A stretch of DNA of 25,244 nucleotides from Candidatus Hodarchaeota archaeon. GTDB taxonomy: Archaea > Asgardarchaeota > Heimdallarchaeia > Hodarchaeales > Hodarchaeaceae. Positions within the stretch are counted from its first letter, which is position 1. Each line of letters opens with the position of its first letter. The position numbers and the translations under genes are program-made. The notes under the pieces were generated by a model. That model saw nothing but the letters and a program-made list of their open reading frames with translations, ran no database searches and was not told the origin of the DNA. The stretch covers positions 1 through 25,244 of the forward strand of contig JAHQWW010000050.1 of assembly GCA_029856365.1 (NCBI GenBank), in the 5' to 3' direction. Below are positions 18,404-25,244 of the stretch, one piece after another.

Positions 18404-18490
18404 AATAGGGGACAGACACCAGATCAAATGCTCTCACATTGAAGCTGCTGACTCCTGAAGCTATCTGACGATAGTGCCGCTTAATTTTCA
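18404..18490. repeat. Dispersed repeat, copy 8 (left module plus core)
   Basis: GGACAGACACCAGATCAAATGCTCTCACATTGAAGCTGCTGACTCCTGAAGCTATCTGACGATAGTGCCGCTTAATTTTCA. Confidence 0.9.
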
Positions 18491-18553
18491 AGTCGAATTG
18501 ATCAGCTTTCACAGAGATCCCCTTCATTAACAATTCAATTAAAATCTCTTAGA

Positions 18554-19723
18554 TTACAAATCATCCCAAAATTTTCGTCTTTCTTTTTCCTCTAACAGAG
18601 CTAATCTTCGAAATTTAAATCCAGGATATGCGGTCATCAAAGGATTAACTTGTTCAGTTAAGCGAAGGTATCGCCGAATACTTTCAGCAGAACGAAATTC
18701 CGATGTTAACACCTCAACAGTTTTTTGATCAGTTTTTAGCTCTAATAGAATATCAAAAGAGCTGATATAAGTCTTTAATAAAGCGTCAGCTATAAGTAGA
18801 ACAATAATAGCTAATATACAAAAAATAATGTTCGCCTCCTGGATGATCATGGTATCAGCAGACAAGGAAAATATTAAAATACCGCTCAATGTAAGGTAAA
18901 GAGTGAATAGAAAGTTATGGATAGAATACAAAAGATAAAAAGCCCGCCTCTTCTCTAATGATAAACGACAGATTTCCCTGACACAGAAAACTAAACTTTG
19001 ATCTCTTTCAGCTTGAAATTGGGCAATTTTGGAGTAACCAATAAATACAATGTTGTCTACCTCGGCACCAATTGCGAGACGACCATAGTAATTTGGTTGC
19101 AAATCTGCCAATCTAATCTTAACATCTGAAAAGCCAAGGGTTCGGCCCCAGTCCTTCAGCTCCTCTCGAAAATTTTCCTCTGGAGATCGATCAGCAAGAG
19201 ATGAAACCCGATTATTGTAGCCATCAAGATAATTCAGGAAGGTATTTGAGATTAAGATTATACTAAGGAAGGGGATAATAGCTCCAAGAAGTTGTAATCC
19301 ATTACTAATCAAATCTGAAGTACCACCATTCTCGGTACCCGAAAAGAGAATAGAAAAAATGAATAACAAAAAAATCAAGGGAAAAAGCGCAGCCTGAATT
19401 CTAAAGCCAAAACTCTCAATAAGACGATATAGATCTTGGAAGACTGACCCTGTAATCCGAAATTGTTTTAGCTGTTTGTAAGTAGAATGAGCTAATACGA
19501 TTGCAGCGGAAAATAAAATCAGACCAACCGAAATAAGAAGAAGAAATACTAAGAATTGATCTAAAAATATGACAGAGAGCGTTATTATTGCAGTAATTAC
19601 AACAGGGACTAAAATAAGAATAAAACCAAGGAGAACTGATAAATTCTTTTCAATCAAAAAGGGAGCTAATTCTGGGTCTCTGACCCTCTTATGACTACTA
19701 ATATTAATTTGATAGTCTTGCAT
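18554..19723 (-). CDS. Multi-pass membrane protein, degenerate M48 (HtpX/Ste24-like) peptidase homologue
   Basis: About 6 TM helices. VREICRL, ELKTD and YPGFKFRR sit where M48 has AHExxH, ExxAD and HPxxxxR. Confidence 0.6.
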   Translation of the reverse strand: MQDYQINISSHKRVRDPELAPFLIEKNLSVLLGFILILVPVVITAIITLSVIFLDQFLVFLLLISVGLILFSAAIVLAHSTYKQLKQFRITGSVFQDLYRLIESFGFRIQAALFPLIFLLFIFSILFSGTENGGTSDLISNGLQLLGAIIPFLSIILISNTFLNYLDGYNNRVSSLADRSPEENFREELKDWGRTLGFSDVKIRLADLQPNYYGRLAIGAEVDNIVFIGYSKIAQFQAERDQSLVFCVREICRLSLEKRRAFYLLYSIHNFLFTLYLTLSGILIFSLSADTMIIQEANIIFCILAIIVLLIADALLKTYISSFDILLELKTDQKTVEVLTSEFRSAESIRRYLRLTEQVNPLMTAYPGFKFRRLALLEEKERRKFWDDL

Positions 19724-19741
19724 TCCAGTTCAACCCTCTCA

Positions 19742-19882
19742 TTATTTTGGTATCTCTGCAGGTGATACTAAAATTTGGTGCAACGTGGTCATGGTAGAAT
19801 TGAAATATATTACTATCAATAAGACAATGCCAATAACGACTAAATTCCCTATTTGACAAAGGTGAATTCCCAACCTTCTCAT
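19742..19882 (-). CDS. 46-aa single-TM peptide, possibly co-transcribed with 18554..19723
   Basis: MRRLGIHLCQIGNLVVIGIVLLIVIYFNSTMTTLHQILVSPAEIPK*. Stop 18 nt before the next ATG; purine-rich sequence upstream. Confidence 0.4.
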   Translation of the reverse strand: MRRLGIHLCQIGNLVVIGIVLLIVIYFNSTMTTLHQILVSPAEIPK

Positions 19883-20044
19883 TGGACACACCCTTCACAG
19901 ACCCTTCAGACATTTTTGAAATGAAAATGATGATTTCACAAAACACAAAGTTGGTTATTATATTTTTTCACTATTCGCCAAACTTGAATTCCTGAAAATA
20001 CAAAAACAGTATTTAAATAAATAACCGTTTGTACTCTAATTGGA

Positions 20045-20143
20045 GGATAGACATCAGATCGAATGCTCTGAAATTGAAGCTGCTGACTTCTGAAGCCATT
20101 TACCTGACGATATGACTACTTAATTTCCACACAGGTAGCCTTT
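20045..20143. repeat. Dispersed repeat, copy 9 (near full length)
   Basis: GGATAGACATCAGATCGAATGCTCTGAAATTGAAGCTGCTGACTTCTGAAGCCATTTACCTGACGATATGACTACTTAATTTCCACACAGGTAGCC. Confidence 0.9.
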
Positions 20144-20274
20144 AGTACAGGCGGTTGAATAAATATCAAGAAATCATAACATATTTCTATATAATAATTT
20201 TTATGGAAAACTTTTTATAACATAGGAAAATATTGATTTCTTAACTCAATAAATAATACTACAAGGGAACTAAA

Positions 20275-21234
20275 TTGAAACAAAGGAAATTAATCTTCAT
20301 TCTCCTCCTTGTACTTGGAGTGAATAGTTGGATTATAGGACAGGAAAATTTTCTGTCTGCAGAAAAGCAAGTTTCAAATGAAATACTGGTTCATTCGGGA
20401 GTAGCCATACAAAAGATCACTAGTGTACAGGTCTATACGCCCAGAGGATCCATTCACATTACCAATAATGATGATTTAAATGCCACTTTTCCTGGAATAG
20501 GCACAATCAATGATCCCATTCGGATTGAAGGATACAATATTACTGCTTCCAGCGGTGATTTAATTTACATTAGAGATACAACATTTTATTTTCGAATTAG
20601 TAACTGTCTTCTTAATGGATTAACCACCAATGATTGGAGTATTCATTTCGAAAATGTAATCAATGCAACTATCGAAAACAATCACATCATGAACACAGGT
20701 GTTGATGGAATTGGCATTTATGACTCAGAATATAACTCTATCGTTAATAATACCATTTCCAATGCGGATAAAGGGATAAGACTGGAATCTCAATCAAATT
20801 TTAACATTTTAGAGAATAACACTATTTATGATAGTGATGCTGGAATTGCCATAATAGATTCATCAAATAATAATACTGTTATCAATAATACACTTTTTAA
20901 TAATAATGATGGCATATGGCTTGGAACTGATTTCTCTCCACCGCCCACTGGATCCAATAATAATAGTATCTGTGAAAACACCATTTGCAATAACTATCAT
21001 GGAATACGACTTCAATACGAATGTAACAATAACTTTCTTTTCACAAATACAATCTATAATAACAATGGAGGTGGAATTGTACTTCGTGAAACCTCTAATA
21101 ATAACACCATTGATAATAATAATATTTATAGTAATAATAGAGATGGAATTGAGGTATCTCAAAGTTCCTCCAATAATATTATAAGTAATCAACAATTCTT
21201 TAGGTGGATAACAAGCTTTACAGGCCAAATTTAA
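20275..21234 (+). CDS. Secreted right-handed parallel beta-helix (NosD/pectin-lyase-like) protein, probably 3'-truncated
   Basis: Signal peptide, GTINDPIRIEGYNI, repeated GI.L..S.NN.I.NNTI. Repeats break off at ~21190 with no membrane anchor. Confidence 0.82.
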   Translation: MKQRKLIFILLLVLGVNSWIIGQENFLSAEKQVSNEILVHSGVAIQKITSVQVYTPRGSIHITNNDDLNATFPGIGTINDPIRIEGYNITASSGDLIYIRDTTFYFRISNCLLNGLTTNDWSIHFENVINATIENNHIMNTGVDGIGIYDSEYNSIVNNTISNADKGIRLESQSNFNILENNTIYDSDAGIAIIDSSNNNTVINNTLFNNNDGIWLGTDFSPPPTGSNNNSICENTICNNYHGIRLQYECNNNFLFTNTIYNNNGGGIVLRETSNNNTIDNNNIYSNNRDGIEVSQSSSNNIISNQQFFRWITSFTGQI

Positions 21235-21423
21235 ACACTTAATTTTCTCTCCCCTCCGGTTTCTAAAAAACTCCTTGAATCTAGCTCCACAAAACAAACA
21301 TTCTTGTCGTCTAATCCACCCTCTTTGTGAAATTAAGGTGACACAAAACTCACACGTGTGTCTTTGACAGCGAGAGCACTGGATAAGAAAGGTATCCCTT
21401 CCACAGATCTGACATTGATTCAT
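20863..21423 (-). CDS. 8-Cys FYVE/PHD-like zinc-finger protein, copy B (conserved part ~21250-21423)
   Basis: MNQCQICGRDTFLIQCSRCQRHTCEFC...CLFCGARFKEFFR. The remainder is antisense read-through of the Asn-rich beta-helix gene. Confidence 0.7.
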   Translation of the reverse strand: MNQCQICGRDTFLIQCSRCQRHTCEFCVTLISQRGWIRRQECLFCGARFKEFFRNRRGEKIKCLNLACKACYPPKELLITYNIIGGTLRYLNSISIITINIIIINGVIIRGFTKYNSTSIVIIDCICEKKVIVTFVLKSYSMIVIANGVFTDTIIIGSSGRWREISSKPYAIIIIKKCIIDNSIII

Positions 21424-21578
21424 ATTTTCCCTTCTTTTAAATATCCGACGAAATTCCCTTCTCGTAATTTAAGGTGTTCATTGTAATAAAAGATTATCTC
21501 GAGAATCTCTCCGGGTGTCTAGAGAATATTTCTTGATATTCTAAAAAAAGGTAACTAATATCGAATTTTTTGTCGGAA

Positions 21579-21773
21579 CTATTGAGTCTTTTTACCAGAA
21601 TTCAATTCTGCATTAATGGAGTGATTGAGCCAAATCATTGGGAACAATACTAGTGCCAATAGATAGTAACCTGGGGCACCTCCCGGTCTTATGTACGTAG
21701 CGAGAAGGTTCCTGATACCAGGTATCGATGAAAAGAAAGAAGAAACTACAAAAGCAGGCTGTAACGCTTGTAC
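21579..21773 (-). pseudogene. Start-less membrane-protein fragment, possibly CPBP/Abi (Rce1-like) N-terminal region
   Basis: VQALQPAFVVSSFFSSIPGIRNLLATYIRPGGAPGYYLLALVLFPMIW. Locally higher GC. The resemblance is by eye only. Confidence 0.3.
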
Positions 21774-21857
21774 ACGTTTTGAATTTCTTCCCTTAGAGAT
21801 TCAAATAAATGCATAAAATTTTAAGGTTCATAGATGAAATAATATATTAGAGGGTAA

Positions 21858-22070
21858 ATGACATATAAAACAATAAGTTTGAATCCCAAGGCTTATCAGC
21901 TTCTTAAAAAGGAGAAAAAGGACGGGGAATCCTTTAGTGACACAATAATACGATTAACTACAAAGCCTAATATTGAAAAGTTTCTAGAGATGTTTGGAGT
22001 TTTGAAAGACGACTTAGATGATCAAGAGCTATCAGAATTTAAGAAGGAAGCTCATCAAGCATGGAATTAA
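21858..22070 (+). CDS. vapB: Archaeal VapB-type antitoxin
   Basis: KTISL...AY..L...K..GESFSDTI.RL motif. Overlaps the PIN gene start. Confidence 0.88.
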   Translation: MTYKTISLNPKAYQLLKKEKKDGESFSDTIIRLTTKPNIEKFLEMFGVLKDDLDDQELSEFKKEAHQAWN

Positions 22071-22474
22071 CCCGACCAATCATCGCAGATACCGATTATC
22101 TTTCAGACTTTCTTGCAGGAACAACTCCTGCCAAAAAAACAACTTTTAAGTTGATAAAAGAGGAAATGTTTGTTATTACAACCACGATAACTGTTTCAGA
22201 ACTATATTACGGGAAGTATAGAAGAAAATGGCAAGAAAGACGATCCAAGATCCTAGAAGAACTTATAATATCTTTGACTGTGCTACCATTTACTATTGAA
22301 CATGCAAAAGAATATGGAAAAATACGAGCTTCTTTAGTTGATAATGGGATGGATATCGGATTCGCTGATACAGCAATTGCCTCTATTGCAATTATAGAAG
22401 ATCTCCCCCTTCTAACTGCGAATGTTGACCATTTTAATCGAGTAGATGGCTTGAAAATAAGAATTTATAAGTAA
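22061..22474 (+). CDS. vapC: PIN-domain toxin VapC
   Basis: IADTD, ITVSEL, IGFADTAIASIA, LLTANVDHF.RV.GL. Confidence 0.92.
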   Translation: MELTRPIIADTDYLSDFLAGTTPAKKTTFKLIKEEMFVITTTITVSELYYGKYRRKWQERRSKILEELIISLTVLPFTIEHAKEYGKIRASLVDNGMDIGFADTAIASIAIIEDLPLLTANVDHFNRVDGLKIRIYK

Positions 22475-22676
22475 ATGAAAAATGAACTTTTTATCCTCAC
22501 GTGTTATGCCCCTTTATAAATAACAATCCCATTTTTCAAGATTTCTTAGACATAACTCAAGTTAAACGAGAGTACATAGATGAACATATAGAGGTACATT
22601 AACCTATCCAACGTGTAATACAAAATTATCGTTCAATCAAGAAAAGCGGATCAAATTCCCTTATAAAGGAAATACA

Positions 22677-23490
22677 TTACAAGTGATCCTTATTAATCTT
22701 AACCAAGTTGCTCATACCACGTCGTTTTCGGAAAAGCAATTTTTTCGCCTCCAAGCGGAAATGATTCTAGAAACTGTTCCTTTTGATACTCCTAGCTTAT
22801 CTGCCAGTGCCTGTTGATTCATACTTCCATGAGCTCAAGGATATCCATTTCTCGTTCAGGTAAAATAGGACTCCATTTTGATTGGACAGATTCCCAGTGA
22901 GTGGTCATTACTTGATTGTTTGAAGTTGGATTATTGGTAAAAGAGTTGATTTTATTTTGGATGGTTAATCTAATATCTTCTCTTCGGAAATAAACTATAA
23001 CACAGGATATAATAATCGAAAACAGAAGACCTACTGTAAGAAGCTGACTTAAAAGGGATTGAGTTTCATTAAGGTTTTTACCATTCAGTACATAAACAGG
23101 AATACTAATAGGTTCCGATAAATAACGGATACTGGAAGTTCTATCTACCCATACGATTGTAAAAATTTCTATTGATCCATTAACTTCAGGATAAATGGAG
23201 TCACTAATAGAGAACAGCACTTTGATTTCTTGAGAAGGTGCTAAAACAAATTTTGAAACATTAACATTGATCCAACTGGAATTAGGAAGAATATAGGCTT
23301 CAATTTCGTAAATATCAATGTTCCTTATTAGTACTTCAAGATTCTGACCTATAATAGCATTCCACGACGTCAATTCAACACCTGAATGGGGATATATTAT
23401 GAGGAGACTTGAAGGAGATACAAGAAGGTTAAAAAAAAGGTGGGTTAGTTGAATATGAATTTTAGGTATAGATCCCAATAATAGAAACAT
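22677..23490 (-). pseudogene. Extracellular beta domain + TM + C-terminal wHTH membrane regulator; frameshifted and probably 5'-truncated
   Basis: The ORF stops at 22819. A shifted frame continues GSMNQQALADKLGVSKGTVSRIIS, and after a second shift (~22768) LEAKKLLFRKRRGMSNLVKINKDHL* (TAA 22679-22677). Confidence 0.72.
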
Positions 23491-23528
23491 TAATTAATGA
23501 ATTAATTAATGAATTAAATTGAGAGAAA

Positions 23529-23864
23529 ATGTCAGTTCTGGCAAAAATCATCTCACATTTAGAGCAAGTTCATGAAAGTACAATCTTAGAAATGACTCAA
23601 ATAGCTACTGGACTAGACCGTAATAGACTATCAGGATTTTTAAGAGCTTGTGAAGAAGTCGGAATAATTGAAAGCGTTGGGAAAGCCTCTCACCGAAAAT
23701 ATAGATTAAAAAATGATTATATGTCAAGAATAGATGGTTTATTATTAAAATCTGAAGTAACAAAAGTACCACATGAAGGAAGGAAAAAATGGCATTATCC
23801 CTATAAGAAGCAGTTAAAAGAACGTAATATCTCTTGGAGTGAGGAAATACCAGATGGGACTTGA
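23529..23864 (+). CDS. Winged-helix protein
   Basis: TILEMTQIATGLDRNRLSGFLRACEEVGII...RKYRL. Overlaps the start of the next gene. Confidence 0.7.
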   Translation: MSVLAKIISHLEQVHESTILEMTQIATGLDRNRLSGFLRACEEVGIIESVGKASHRKYRLKNDYMSRIDGLLLKSEVTKVPHEGRKKWHYPYKKQLKERNISWSEEIPDGT

Positions 23865-24285
23865 TATGGTGAGATGCGATTTAAGAATTATAAATGAATA
23901 TGGTTTCAAAGAAATCGAATCGGGAATAATGATTCCTGTAATGTCTCTTAAAATTCATAGAAAGGGGATGAATCGGTCGATAGTTACAGATGCAATAATA
24001 GACACAGGATATGAAAAGGGATTACTTCTATCAAGAGACATTCGAGATTTGTTATTCGTTATAGGTGACCCAGACCGACAAGATTTACTTGGTTCTGGTA
24101 ATATTGAGATTCCTTGTGATGTATTTCTTGTTCGTGTCAAAATTTTTGACCGATGGTTACTTACTGAAGGCTTTGCTCCTAAAGATGAGGGATTTGAAAC
24201 AATTATTGGAACAGAATTATTAAAATTAGCCAATGTTTGTATCAGAGGTCCAGAAAAAATAATCTATATAGCAGATGTGCAGTAA
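23854..24285 (+). CDS. Clan AA (retropepsin-like) aspartic protease
   Basis: AIIDTGY catalytic motif and C-terminal IIGTELL. ATG 23854 or 23866 is the likely start. Confidence 0.8.
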   Translation: MGLDMVRCDLRIINEYGFKEIESGIMIPVMSLKIHRKGMNRSIVTDAIIDTGYEKGLLLSRDIRDLLFVIGDPDRQDLLGSGNIEIPCDVFLVRVKIFDRWLLTEGFAPKDEGFETIIGTELLKLANVCIRGPEKIIYIADVQ

Positions 24286-24350
24286 CCAACGTTTAACACA
24301 TGAAAAGCTTTACATTCGCTTTATATAGTCTAAATGGCATTTATCTTTAG

Positions 24351-24494
24351 TTAAGTGACATTCTATGTAGAACTATTAATTTCCCTAGATATTTAGTGGC
24401 TTCCAAGGCCAAGGTCAAGCTGGAAGACGGTGTGCTAACGATCACCATACCCAAGTCAGAAAAAGCCAAGGCCGTGAAATTACTTCCGAAATAA
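24351..24494 (+). pseudogene. C-terminal fragment of an Hsp20/alpha-crystallin small heat-shock protein
   Basis: RTINFPRYLVASKAKVKLEDGVLTITIPKSEKAK. In-frame TAG at 24348 upstream, N-terminal half missing, GC visibly higher than the flanks. Confidence 0.75.
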
Positions 24495-24751
24495 ACTTCG
24501 CGGGTTTTGCATCATCTTTTGTCATGCTCGATCATATAGTGGTCGTGAATAACCACATATGAGATTTTTGTTGTTTAAAAGTAGTGGACTTAGCCTGTGT
24601 TTGTTGTGGTGGCTTAACAGGAAGTAATCCAATAATAACATTAACATAGTTTTTAAATAATTTAAGTACTAATGTAGAGTCGATTAATATATTATAAGAT
24701 ATTAAATTGCGAATGAAAACTGATTGCAATAAAGATTGAGGGAATCCTGAA

Positions 24752-25018
24752 ATGAGAAAAGAGAAATGTTCGTATTGTGGGAAAGAGTTTGGCATCCAAG
24801 ATTTATATAAATCACTTAACAGTGATGATTTTACATGCAAGAAATGTCACAAAAAAATGAAAGAAGAAGGAAAGGTGAGCGAGGAGGATTACGGTTATGC
24901 TGATATTACAGAAGTTTCTAGAAGAGCAGATCAACCTGATGATGAAGAATCATATTATGAAGGGGATGATTGGGATCAGCGAGATCATCAAGAGCCTGAT
25001 TATGGGGATTCCTCCTAA
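24752..25018 (+). CDS. Small CxxC...CxxC zinc-binding protein with an acidic tail
   Basis: CSYCGKEF...TCKKC followed by a D/E/Y-rich C-terminus. GAGGG upstream. Confidence 0.65.
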   Translation: MRKEKCSYCGKEFGIQDLYKSLNSDDFTCKKCHKKMKEEGKVSEEDYGYADITEVSRRADQPDDEESYYEGDDWDQRDHQEPDYGDSS

Positions 25019-25244
25019 TGTCTGAGTCATGTCTTAAATTCAAAAACGTTATTAATATACTGGAATTCTTTCACTTGGTCAATAGCATAATCAAGTGGAA
25101 TATGACCTTCAAATAAGTCTGAACTTTCTAATGTAATAAATTATATTTTATGACGTCATTTTGACTTAATTATTTTCCTTAACCAACGATATTTGTTCAT
25201 AAATTCTTATTGAAGGTTGATGAGGATGAGTAAATTTGGTATTT

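Noticed and set aside
156-20143. Repeat as a CRISPR array
   Set aside because: Units are ~120 bp, divergent, and separated by 0.16-6 kb of genes. No cas genes.
10248-24840. ORFs 10248..10469, 14643..14909, 19704..19946, 20906..21184, 23955..24233, 24532..24840
   Set aside because: Low-complexity or shadow frames. For 19704..19946, the alternative frame 19742..19882 looks more protein-like.
25052-25244. Minus-strand coding remnant (...LFEGHIPLDYAIDQVKRIPVY*)
   Set aside because: Interrupted by stops, cut by the window edge, and no family recognised.

Overview
AT-rich archaeal window, most likely from an Asgard archaeon (Heimdallarchaeia/Hodarchaeales-like). This is inferred from Rab-like small GTPase homologues, a longin/DENN-like ORF, and SBBP-propeller and NosD-like surface proteins. 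It reads as a patchwork accessory region. Intact modules are a NikR-regulated NikMNQO ECF transporter with a palindromic operator, a fused L-serine dehydratase, an ornithine cyclodeaminase/alanine dehydrogenase homologue, an MFS transporter, an ICMT-family methyltransferase and VapBC. These are interleaved with many pseudogenes and paralogue fragments. The most striking unexplained feature is a ~120-bp non-coding repeat with 9 full or partial copies between positions 156 and 20143. All copies share one orientation, all are intergenic, and each lies 5' of a minus-strand gene, giving a repeat-gene-repeat, cassette-array-like layout that does not fit canonical attC, CRISPR or IS ends. The cargo includes two paralogous P-loop-dead Rab-like proteins, a catalytically dead M48-like protease, a 40-aa membrane peptide bracketed by two repeats, and toxin-antitoxin-like pairs. 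Two FYVE-like 8-Cys zinc-finger paralogues also occur. No integrase, transposase, RT, rRNA, tRNA or CRISPR array was seen. All family calls are by eye from motifs; no database search was run.
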